A stretch of 64,000 nt of DNA, from contig OZ316891.1 of the NCBI GenBank assembly GCA_973895155.1, forward strand, positions 652,043-716,042. Direction: 5' to 3'. The notes under the pieces are model-generated. The model was not told the DNA's origin and did not search any database. It saw only the letters and a program-made list of their open reading frames with translations. This DNA is from Marsupella aquatica (taxonomy: Eukaryota; Plantae; Marchantiophyta). Below are positions 51,453 to 63,490 of the stretch, piece by piece (position 1 is the first letter of the stretch; each line of letters starts with the position of its first letter). The translations under genes were made by a program, and so were the position numbers.

Positions 51453-54400
51453 CTATTTGAGGTTATAGTCTAGAAACTTTACTGACATTGTTCCAAGGAC
51501 AAGGCGTTTTCCATACTCATAGGTGTCTACACATCCAGGTTTGACTCTGAGTGCGCACTCAGCATCCGCCCGGGCTCCACTCTCGTCCGACAACAAGAAC
51601 TTGACAAGGCCACGGTGTTTAAGGCATTCGTAGTCATCTGGTTCTGGGCTTAACGATTCGTTCAAATCTGCCAGTGCTCCATGCAGGTCTCCTTTCATTC
51701 GTCTCACGATGCCCCTTTCTTGCAAGCCGAAACCTCTGCTGCCTCCTAATTCAATGAACTTATTGATGTCTGTGAGAGCCCCATCAAAATCTCCACACTT
51801 GGCTTGCACAAAACATCTTAACCTGCGAAACAAAGACACACAAGTAGATTAACGAGAGAGAAGAATGAAATAGCAAACTAAGGCACATCATTTTGTGAGG
51901 GAAGACACTGGAATGACTGTCCATCTCCCGACAGTCAAAATAAAACAGGCTTCACAAAACTTCAATAATCTTCCATCACAACCTAGACACAAGAAACAGC
52001 TATGTATGAGCTTTAAGGCTCACTATGAAGCCATCATTTATGACAAAATCAATTATTGGAGAGTACTTCTACCAAGTCATAGGATCCTTTACCTTAGAAG
52101 ACCACAATTGCCACCTTCATAACCCTGAAGTACACCCTTATAGTCCCCACCTTGTACTTCCACCGTCAGTAGTCGTAATACCTTCACTACACTAGTCCGT
52201 CTACTTTGGCTCCAACCGTTTGCCAAGAAACACAAAAGTCTATCCATCACATTTGGAATTTGGATGAGCTTGATCCTGGTTTCAACATCCAATGTCAAAT
52301 TTCCAAGTGCAAAAGTGACACTCTCTTGTACCTTCTCTCCTACATCCTCAGCCAAGAGGGCCACAAGTCTTCCAATGACATTTGGAAATTGGATGATCTT
52401 GATCCTGGTTTCAACATCCAACGCCAAATGTCCTAATGCAAGAGCTGCATATCGTTGTACACGCTCGCCTACGTCCTCAGCCAAGAGGGCCACAAGTCTT
52501 CCAATGGCATTTGGAAATTGGATGATCTTGATCCCGGTTTCAACATCCAACGCCAAATTTCCTAATGCCAAAGCTGCATACCGTTGTACACGCTCGCCTA
52601 CGTCCTCAGCCAAGAGGGCCACAAGTCTTCCAATGACATTTGGAAATTGGATGATCTTGATCCCGGTTTCAACATCCAACGCCAAATGTCCTAATGCCAA
52701 AGCTGCAGACTCTTGTACATCCTCGCCTACGTCCTCAGCCAAGAGGGCCGCAAGTCTCCCAATGACATTTGGAAATTGGATGATCTTGATCCCGGTTTCA
52801 ACATCCAACGCCAAATGTCCTAATGCCAAAGCTGCAGACTCTTGTACATCCTCGCCTACGTCCTCAGCCAAGAGGGCCACAAGTCTTCCAATGGCATTTG
52901 GAAATTGGATGATCTTGATCCTGGTTTCAACATCCAACGCCAAATGTCCTAATGCCAAAGCTGCATACCGTTGTACATCCTCGCCTACGTCCTCAGCCAA
53001 GAGGGCCACAAGTCTCCCAATGACATTTGGAAATTGGATGATCTTGATCCCGATTTCAACATCCAACGCCAAATGTCCTAATGCCAAAGCTGCAGACTCT
53101 TGTACATCCTTGCCTACGTCCTCAGCCAAGAGGGCCGCAAGTCTTCCAATGGCATTTGGAAATTGGATGATCTTGATCCTGGTTTCAACATCCAACGCCA
53201 AATTTCCTAATGCCAAAGCTGCATACCGTTGTACATCCTCGCCTACGTCCTCAGCCAAGAGGGCCACAAGTCTCCCAATGACATTTGGAAATTGGATGAT
53301 CTTGATCCTGATTTCAACATCCAACGCCAAATGTCCTAATGCCAAAGCTGCAGACTCTTGTACATCCTCGCCTACGTCCTCAGCCAAGAGGGCCACAAGT
53401 CTTCCAATGGCATTTGGAAATTGGATGATCTTGATCCTGGTTTCAACATCCAACGCCAAATTTCCTAATGCCAAAGCTGCATACCGTTGTACATCCTCGC
53501 CTACGTCCTCAGCCAAGAGGGCCACAAGTCTCCCAATGACATTTGGAAATTGGATGATCTTGATCCGGGTTTCAACATCCAACGCCAAATTTCCTAATGC
53601 GAAAGCTGCAGACCGTTGTACATGCTCGCCTACGTCCTCAGCCAAGAGGGCCACAAGTCTTCCAATGACATTTAGAAATTGGATGATCTTGATCCTGGTT
53701 TCAACATCCGACGCCAAATTTCCTAATGCCAAAGCTGCATACCGTTGTACATGCTCGCCTACGTCCTCAGCCAAGAGGGCCACAAGTCTTCCAATGACAT
53801 TTGGAAATTGGATGATCTTGATCCCGGTTTCAACATCCGACGCCAAATTTCCTAATGCCAAAGCTGCAGACCGTTGTACATGCTCGCCTACGTCCTCAGC
53901 CAAGAGGGCCACAAGTCTCCCAATGACATTTGGAAATTGCATGATCTTGATCCTGGTTTCAACATCCAACGCCAAATGTCCGAATGCCAAAGCTGCATTA
54001 CCCTGTACATGAGGACCTGTCTCTTGAGCCAAAAGCTCAAAAAGTTTGTTGAGTGCATCTGGAATTGATATAAACTCAAGACGATTGGGAGTTTTGGTGA
54101 AAAACCATGCAAGCAACCGTGGCACTTGGTGAAGAACATTAGCTAGATTGTTATTTGTAGCTTCTAAGACATTTGTTAGTACACGCATTGTTTTGGGAAT
54201 GACTGGTGTAGCTAGATTGCCGGTGTAAAATTGTTTGAGGGCTTCCAACGTCTGCAAAACTGTCTCATTTGTACTCAATAATATAGAAAGGCTGCTGTCA
54301 TCAAGCTCATCGCAACGTATGTACGTCCGGAGAATCTGTATGAGCAACATTGAAGCAGATACTCATTAATATGCAACTAAATATCCAATTAACCATTTGA

Positions 54401-57400
54401 CAATGAAGTCAAATTAAGATAAAGGACTATTTCTCAACAAATAAGTACATATGAGGACACTATACTTACATGCTTAGCCAATCCATGTGATCTTTCCTCC
54501 CATGGTTGTTTCTTGGTATCTGCATGCAGGAGTCTGACAAATGATTTGATTGGAGCGAGTTGCAAGCTTCTTGCTTGGAAAGAGTCATTTTTGATTGGGA
54601 ACATTTCAATCCCTAATGTCTTTGCTGCTTGGTCACGCCATTGGTCTTGCCCGTAGAGAAGTAGCAATTCCATAAGAATGTCCTCCTCTGTTCGCGATTC
54701 CAAAAACTTATCTCCCATTGATTTCACTTCTTCTCCCTGGACTGTTTCAATAAATGTTTGTCGCATAGCATGTAATGACCAAGTCTTGTTTGCAGGGAGA
54801 GTACTCCGTGCAACATCATTGCTCTCAACTTGGATGAAATTGTTGTACTGCAAGTGCATGGAGCACCATGAAAACTTGGCCAAACTACCATAGACTCTTT
54901 TAAAAAAGAGTTTGATTACCACTTCAGGAACTGGAACTATTTGGCTGTCAAAGATTGAGGCCACCAACAGAAGAGTTCGAGCAGGCTTCTCGAGAGAACC
55001 CAAGGCCATTTCCATACAAGTTATCATAGTTTTGGGGTATGCGTGATTAAATAAAACAACAGAGGAGTTCGCATCCTTAGCTTGGATTAGATCTTCAAAA
55101 TATTTGATGATGTTTTTCCATTCCTCCAATTCATCAATGTGCCCACCTTGAATACCTCCATGTATAAATGCTGCCATGTTTGCAAGCACCAAAGGGAGGT
55201 GATCTGCCTTCTCAACAATTGCATGAATTGCTCCCTGCCCAACACATGCTCAAAGACTGAGGGTAGATTTTGCATATATTCAGATTGCCTCCATTTAACT
55301 CAAACCAACACTCAAACAAAAAGTGTTCATTATTCAATACCACAAGGCAAAATTTGAACTTAATATGAACAAGGATCTTACCTGCAATTGCTCGGTTATG
55401 TCTTTGGGTCCCCCGTATACATGATTTGTGAGAATTTGGTATGCCTCTTCTGAAGTTGGACGATTCAACGGGATCTGCAAACATCTAGCATCACCCCACA
55501 ATTGTGGTATCTGGGTAGTGACTAGATATTTTAGCCATTGCCCCGGAAACAAAAGCGTCTCTATGATAGCGGGTTCACAAACATCATCTAGTACAATCAG
55601 AACCTTTTGAGTTGAAAGCCTTCTTGTGAGCTCATTGGAAAGGAAAGACTCAGTTATCACGGCTTGTTGCACGCCAACATTGTTGGAACTTGCATAGCCA
55701 TGCATTACTTCCATCGATGGGAGAAGCTCATAGCCAAAAGTTTCCCAGAGTTTGAGTAGGAGGTCTTTGGTAGCTGCGTTTGGACCGCATGGCAAGAAGA
55801 CTACCCCATCTATAAACTTACTAGAAGCCAAATCTTTGCTAGCAAGATCGTCGATTTGAACACGTTTTGGTGATTGAGTCAGAATGGAGGCATTTTGGTA
55901 ATACAAAGCCAAATATTTTGCCATGCTTGTTTTTCCTTGTCCTGGTCCTCCACAGAGTGTGACCACAGGGCCTGTAGTTTTACTCTCCAGAGCTTCTTGA
56001 ACTTTAAGCATGGTTGTCTTGAATACCACATATTTGGGGTCTCTTAGGAATGGCAACAGCGGGACTCGTGCTACCTTGCTGGTAGTGGCATTCTGATGAT
56101 CCTCCTGAGTTTTCACACGACAAAATATATCAGCTACATTTAAGTCCTACATTGACTCAGGTTTGATGCTAGAAATTACATGAATGAGTTATATTGATGC
56201 TAATGATAAGAATCAACACATTGCTTCACTATAATTGTCCAATCACCCCACCTTCAAGTCATTGGTAATCCGGTGGATAAATTTCTGAAGTTTGGAGAAG
56301 TTGCTTAAGATTTTGCTTCTTGGTCTGCAGATTGAAAAGTGATCTGCTCCCTTCACAAGATTGAAATTCCCAGCTATCCTTGCAGACGCCTCTGGTACAA
56401 CGACGTCCACAAATGGTCCCTGCCCCACAGTAACCGTACAGAGTCATTAAGTTCATGCAGATGTGCCAATCTCCTTTCCAGAAAAAGTCTCTAGGAGAGT
56501 AGACTTCTTTTAAAGAACACTTTGATACAAAACAGGTCAACACTACTGAGTCCAGTAAATATTGTACCGTAATTTATTATCAGGGTAAGCTCAAACAATT
56601 CAATCATCTAAATACCGGACTGAAACAAAAGATCACATGAATTCCCGACTGAAAACAAATAGATTGCAATGTTCACAAAATTGACTAACGTGGCATGGGT
56701 TTGTTCATTTGCACTAATGAATTTCTAGTTGTTAGATAGTTCACATGTGAACTCTAACCAAGATAAAATTTGTAGACTCACAGTTCGAATTCTTCCAGAT
56801 ACGAGTTACAACACAGGCATACACAATATTGCATTGATTGTGAAACGCATAGCTCATTTCAAATAATTTCTTACCAATTTCGTAGGGAGAGTTTCACCAA
56901 GTCCTGCGAACAACCAGTTGTAATGTAGTTTGGATATATCGTCGAATGTACAATTCAGTCTTTCTGTGTCCTTACTGAGCGTTGTAAAGTATATCAAGAT
57001 AGAGCTTCCAAAGTGATCTTTCAATCTGTTTACGATGGGGATTCCATGATGTGGCGTTGAATAATAAAATACCCCCTTGATGCTGTTCAGAAATGACCTC
57101 AACTTGGTCGCCCGAGGCTCTGAGCTCCTATGGAGCATATCATGTGCTTGGTTACACAACTGCTTGAGAATCAATCCGCCAACGGAGTGACCAACCAATA
57201 TAACAGGACAAGAAGACCCAATATTCTCCAGTAAGAGATCAGACACCAGGTTCTCTCCTATAATGTACATGTCCACGGTCCCATTCGACCCTTTCTTCAA
57301 ACCCTCAGTGTAACACACAGATAACACATGAGCCTTGGGAAAGTCTTCAACCAACCACGTTTGTGGCCAGATACAAGAACCATCATGGTTTTCCCAAGTG

Positions 57401-58475
57401 GAAACATGTGCGCTGGAATAATCTGGCCCGCATTGGAGACCATGAAAAAACAGGATCTGTACATTGGGAGTGCCTTCTGGCTTGTGGAACAAATACAATG
57501 AATCGTTTACCTGACAGAACCAAATATCAAAAGAAATAGAGACCATTAGAATCCAGTTTGTCATCCGCCATGCAAACACGTGCAACGCTAGCGCAAAGGT
57601 TCTGGGTATGAGTCACCAACTATCGCAGGAATAAGAGTTTTCTGGGACATCAATCAATCTACATCACAGTGCAATCCAAATGGTATACCAGATCTGTGCT
57701 CTTGGAGCCATTCAAATAAGAGACTAAATAAGCCATTCAAAATTTGACCAAAATGCCGAAATGAAGGGGTTGAGATTAGTATTACAGTACTTGAAGCACA
57801 TTTCTTTGGATTTCGGAAGATCCAGAAGCTTGAGGAGACCTGGGAGAGGAGGCTCCACAACCAGTAAGGCAATCGACAGCATTCTCCAAAACGTCCTGTT
57901 TTCTTTTGCGTGAGGCAAAGGAAAACATTCTCTTTCGCAAGATATTCCAAAATCGCCGTTGGGGTCAATGAATGACACTCTGCAAAAACATTGGATAGGA
58001 AATATCGAACCAGGTTTCGAACAGCCAGCTCATTTGTTAAACTGACAACAAAGGGAAAGATTTGCTGGACGACTATGACATCTCAAAGACCCAGTGAAAC
58101 ACGAAGAATTCGCACAGGGTTCAAGACTGGAATCAAGTAAAATTTACAAAAGCTTGCTACCATTGTGCCAGTAAGGCGAAGTAAGGTCACGTCAGTGTGA
58201 GCATCAGCGGGCAGGATGATAGTTTTGGAAGAGTCTACTACCTCCTCACCTTCGAAGCTGTCCTTCACAGTAGTTTTCTGGGGACGTATACTAGTAGTTG
58301 TTGATCTGGAGGCATTCCGGGGGGGACCTACAGGATGCCTAGGTCCCAGCTTGGATCGCGATTGTGTTGGTTCTAACCTTCTCACATCTAGCTGGAATGC
58401 TCGCAAAATCCGTGACGACGTCAAGATCAGGAAAGCAACGCACCTGATGGTCCTTTCCGTTGGCTCCGTCGACAT
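51453..58475 (-). CDS. NLR-like STAND protein of about 1710 aa: alpha/beta-hydrolase, NB-ARC, 14 ARM repeats, TPR. Proposed exons 58475-58242, 57510-56875, 56419-56252, 56104-55382, 55234-54470, 54335-52093, 51822-51453
   Basis: Hydrolase motifs: LFFHGL, WPQTWL, LVGHSVGGL, YYSTPHHG, ADHFSICRP. NB-ARC motifs: GGPGQGKTSMA (P-loop), VLIVLDDV (Walker B), YLVTTQ (RNBS-B), DHLPLVL (GLPL-like). ARM repeats and a TPR exon (GDLHGALADLNESL) follow. The proposed GT-AG junctions keep frame (5139 nt). Exon 1 is the least certain. Confidence 0.88.
52218..54023 (-). repeat. Coding tandem array of 14 x 129 bp (43-aa Armadillo-like repeats)
   Basis: Unit DVGExVQxxAALALGxLALDVETxIKIIQFPNxIGRLVALLAE; the internal copies differ at only a few nucleotides. 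Confidence 0.97.
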
Positions 58476-61445
58476 CGACGATTTGGCAGGCCCGTTTCAA
58501 AACTTTCTACACCAGCAGTCTCAGATCCAGAAGTCTCACAGCGAACAAGAAGTACCAGCCAAGCCAGTTAGCTCATCTGGGCACAACTCGATCTAGTGGA
58601 GACACGAACATTGCACGCACCTCAAAACGCGCGCTTCACATCTGGACATCAAGCAATTGTAAAGTTTTAAAGCACGGTCCAGATAACCCTGCCAACTTTG
58701 GTGATAGAGAACAGAGACATAGGGTTCAGCGGTGACAGAATGCCTAGAAAATTTGTGAGTACAGGACTGCAAAAAGCGAAGAACCGGGAAACTCCACGTA
58801 CCCAAACATACCACCTATAGACATGTGCACCCATCTGGTGATACGACGAGAATGTACGCAAAACAAAACGAGAAGTCCAGATGAGTGAAGTGAGCCACCA
58901 AACCGGCTCTTGTGTACGGCCGGCCGAGATTTGAGATTGGCAGGTTCTGTGCTGGATCATGGAATAGCCTCCCTTCAGAGGTTTGCAGACGAGCAGCCGA
59001 TGAGGAAGAACATGGAAAGAGAGTGTTTCAGGCGAGGCGTTGACCCCAGCGGCGATGAGCACAGGTTCGTAGGACTTGAGTGAGGAGGACCTCCAAAACC
59101 TGACGGTCTTCAGATAGCATTTGTTCTGGTCAAAAAGAGATGATAGTTGTATGACTAGCGGCCCGGCCGTTTGAGAAGAATTCCACGTCCTGCACTGCAA
59201 ACACAAACAGCGGTTTCCATGTGCGACTCTGGAGTTTTCTAAGAAAGAGATTAACAATTTCAAACTATAGGAGGAGTACGAGTAAGCCCAAAGTGCCGCA
59301 CCTGATACTTGCTCGAGTCAGCTCGGTGGAGATTGAAGGTCAATTAATCTGGTCCAAACTCTCCATATCAGCAAGTCCATTTGAAAAGCTATCGAGCAGT
59401 GGTTGAGTGGCAGAGACTCCAATCTCGTCCGTCACATAATCTGGAGGTCGCTCTAACGGAGGCCACCAGCCCACCGCACCCGAACACAGGTGGAAGTCTA
59501 AAGTAGCAATTGTCGATCTTGAGACTACATCCGAACCTCTATGATGCACCAAGAGCCAGTTTTGCGAAAGAAGTCTGTCTCCGATGTGCTAGATACGTGA
59601 AAGGGAACTTCCGCGTCGAATAGCTTGGAAGTCGTCTCTCCCACTCTTGGGTACACGTTTTCACGTGACAGATCCTTCTCAAAAAATATCAGATGATGGG
59701 ACCCAGGTTGCCTGCTGGCATATATTCTTTTTCCTTGCTGGCATATATTCTTTTTCCTTGGGAAAAAGTCCTAACGACTGTTGTACATTCGAAGCATGAA
59801 CAAAAATTAACCCCTTAGAGCACCGTTCTCCAAGATTCCAACGACGCCAATGCATGCTGCCATGGCCCAGTGAAACCCAGCGGGCGGAGTATCGCTCACG
59901 AGTTTTCTTTAGGCGACTTTGAGTGGTTCTCACGCTGTGATTGAGGAAGACTTGATGGGCCAAATCAATAACCTGACTGGATGGGCCCAAACTTTATTGA
60001 GGCATGAGACCTTGTGGACGGACGGTGCTACCAGTGGTGGGCACTGTGTGGTTCCTGACATGTACCATCCTCGTAACGAGACAACCAGCTGACCAGGGGA
60101 TCAACCTAGAACCGAGAGGTCAGTCCAACAATAGGTTCCAAAAAAAAAGACTAAAATAAATATAACTGCCGTACTCCTCTCGACATCACGACATCGAAAG
60201 CGCATGCAAGAGCATCTGAAGGGTAGGATTGAACCCCTATGCCAGGAGTTTCTTCCACATCCCACGATGGAGATGGTGTCTTTGCTCTCGTAATCAAGAA
60301 TGGCAGGAAGAGTTGTATTTATGTACCCTCGGGTTCCAATTGAGTGTCGTACCGCGACACCAAATCGATGAGTTGTTTACATGCTATTCCGGTGGTCTCC
60401 TGGCGATGAAGAAGACCCGTACTACTGTCGTCATCATCTCTTTGACAATGAGCCCGATAATCATGTGTACCAAATATAACAGCTTCCCATTGAGGTTATA
60501 AAGAAAGAATGCGTGCTAACGATGCCTTTCTATGGGCCCGCCGGCAAGCAGGAGATCCTTGTTGGGAGTATGGTTCGTGGACCAAGAATACCCTCGCGCT
60601 TAAAGTCGAGTTAAAATCCCACATCACTTAGAGCCACTCTGGCTGTTGGTTGAATTTTACTGCTTTGCTCAAACAACATCATTCTTTTTCAAAGATGGAA
60701 TTCTAAATTCATCGATTCAGGGGCAGATTGTTTCCGAGTCCGTTCGTTCTCGAACCTTGTGGTTGTACATCTGGCTACTTTCCATTGACATGGAATCTGG
60801 GCTTCATTTCACAAAATGTTTTGGATCCCGGAGAGTCATTACATTGGAACAGTAGTCAATTAGACGAGTTTCGACAATTTCTGAGTGATACAGATGATCG
60901 ATGTGCTGAATTTCTTGATCCTGTATATGTGATCTCTTCTATTGCGTGTGACATGTTTAAAACGTAGCTTCCAGTAATTGAATTTGCGCTCTGCTGATAA
61001 CGACGGCACCTGACAAAATTGGACATTTAATGAAACCGTTGTGCAGAAGCCGGGAGGGGTCATCCAACTCGAATCCCAATTCGCCCATTTTATGCGCTAT
61101 ATATTGGGCGGTGGCTACAGCTTTCGGTTGTGTCGGAAGTTCAAGACGCAGAAGTGATGGGCAGGCTGCAGGCAGGCAATACAGTAGCAGAGCTCGTAGC
61201 AGAGGGGACCAATCCGGAGCTGGAGTTGGAATGGTTTCCGGCAGTCTACGCAGAATTAAGAAGTGAACGATTGAATTCGGTGATTTCAGAAGTGTCCCCA
61301 ACCGGACAAGGGACAGGACGTACTGCAAAGCTAGAAAGGTTGCTAAAATGAAGACAAATCAACAAAATTGACCTTTGATCAACCTTGATCAGTACCTACA
61401 TGAGTTTCTCTTTCATCACATCAGTCGACGTCATACTTTACTACT

Positions 61446-61628
61446 GAGATGCAATGCAATCCGACATTGAAGAGGCCTTTCAGCTCCTCACTTTGAGAAG
61501 CATTTCCAGCTGTTCACCAAATCTGTGTTTGCAGGTCAAAATCTTACTACTTCGGATTCTGTTTGAATCAATGCTTCAACGGCACGTAAAATAACAATTC
61601 TGCTATTTACATCCCAAGCTCTTATCAA
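61446..61628 (+). repeat. Diverged direct repeat copy B (partner at 49600-49790)
   Basis: Same shared blocks as copy A. Confidence 0.8.
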
Positions 61629-62076
61629 TATTGCTGCGGTCCCACTCTCCTCTCCTCTCCTCTTCTCGGCTGCCGAAATTATCAACAAGACTCTTCGCGT
61701 TCTCCATTGGCTGGGTATCTGCTATAACATCGTAGACAAAACCGGATCATTTCCTACAGATGCAAATCCAACAATTAGAAGTTGTCTGTCTCCCTTTACA
61801 GTAGGTACCCATGTCTCAAAGGCAAGGACGTCTTGAACCCATGTTCTTAGGACTACAGAGTGAGATTATTATTTCACTTACATTTCATTCCATTCTTCTA
61901 TGAACCTTGAACAATCAGTGTTGACCTTTGGAATCGTATAGCAATGATTTCTTTCGGTTTCGAGAAGATTTGCTTGATTCGTCGTGCACGGTGCCCATTT
62001 CGCCATTGTATCTCGAGCAACACAAGTAATCTGAACGTGAACAAATAATATAAATTTCAATCATTAAAATTGTTGA

Positions 62077-62486
62077 CCTTCACTTTAACCACCACTGGCC
62101 CTGTACACTTTTACACTCCCCATCTCTACTATGCTATCTTACTCCCACAATTTCAGGAAAATACCCAATAATGGTGAATCCCCAGGTTGTATTTGGGTCT
62201 TCTGATGGATAGTGGCGAGTTAAGTGCCACTAGCCAAGACAAAAATGTGGTTACACAGATTTCACCATTATTAGTACTTTTTTTCAAAATTGTGGAGTAA
62301 AGTTGATGGATAGTGGAGAGTTAAGCGCCACTAGCCAAGACAAAAATGTGGTTACACAGATTTCACCATTATTAGTATTTTTTTCAAAATTGTGGAGTAA
62401 AGTCTCACGGTAGAAGAAAGTGATGTGAAAAAGTGAGAAATTTTGAACATTCCTTTTATATGGCCAGTGGTGGTTTAAGTCAAAGC
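62077..62486. mobile_element. MITE/foldback-like element with imperfect inverted arms and an internal tandem duplication of about 101 bp (62203-62403)
   Basis: ctttaaccaccactggcc (about 62083) pairs with ggccagtggtggtttaag (about 62462). An inner arm, actcccacaatttc...aataatggtgaa, pairs with ttcaccattatt...aaattgtggagt. No TSD identified. Confidence 0.6.
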
Positions 62487-63407
62487 ACCCCAAAAGAGTA
62501 GTTCTCCTTGACACCCCTAACTAGATTTCTTGGTGAATTGGGAATTTCTTGGCTACACTGATTCTGGTGTTATCGTGCTAAGTCTGCCTAGAACAGCAGA
62601 AATTGCCACGATTGCAAATAGACTGTTGATTTTGTTCTCATGTTGTCCACTTGACTTCAGTTTGAGAGTATTTCAATAAAATGGAAATCTGACTTGTCGG
62701 GAACTTACAAAACAACCCATTGCTTAACTTCTAGGCTCTTTACAGAGAACAAATAAGAGCTATCCCACTCGTCATGTGATTCACTACTACTTGCTAATTG
62801 TGTAAGTAGCATGTTGAATGGTGGACCGGCTCATTGGTGGCCAAATGCGTCAGCATATGCACAAGGTGCTGCTATAGTCTTTCTATGGTCTTCTGTCATT
62901 TCAGTTTGTGCCTCTCCCATCCAGGTGTCTAACAATGGGTCCCCTCTGGTAATAACACATTTTAATCACACATCAAAATGTGTTATTATACTGTGTGTAC
63001 TCATTGATTTAAAGAAAACAATAATATTTCTCATGGTATGGAGGGGTGTCATACACCCACTGTATATATCATATTTTGATGTGCAATTACCCAGACCCCA
63101 AAGGGTCCATTTTTGCCATCCACAATGTTTGGAGGAGGGTGGGTGGGGAACCTCAACCCAGGTCCAAACTCACCCGTTTTGGCATATGGGAGGCAAGTTT
63201 TTGGCTGGGCGGCTTCATGAGTATATCCTGCTGCCTGCTCTAACCGGTTGCCCCTGGCCATAGAGGCATAAAATTTATGGGGTGATTGTAACGTGCGAGC
63301 AAACAATTAAAAATTTAGTGCCATGCCTAAAAAAACAGCCTCTTTCATATCGAGCAAAGTTAGTTCCTAGCCAGCCAAAACCTGGTTCATATGATCTAGT
63401 TTTGGTG

Positions 63408-63490
63408 ATTTTTTGCATATGTATATATTTTTAGTGCTAGCCAAAATTAGTCAAAAAAATGCACTAAAAATATATACATATGCAAAAATC
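63408..63490. repeat. Near-perfect inverted repeat of about 30 bp with a loop of about 22 nt
   Basis: gattttttgcatatgtatatatttttagtgc ... gcactaaaaatatatacatatgcaaaaatc. Confidence 0.85.

Noticed and set aside
52264-54012. 582-aa plus-strand ORF
   Set aside because: Antisense shadow of the ARM array. A stop-free 129-bp unit propagates the open frame, and the minus strand carries the recognisable protein.
58593-59552. ORFs upstream of the NLR (e.g. 198 aa at 58667-59263)
   Set aside because: No domain-like features and non-ATG or weak starts; more likely 5' UTR, intron or promoter sequence.
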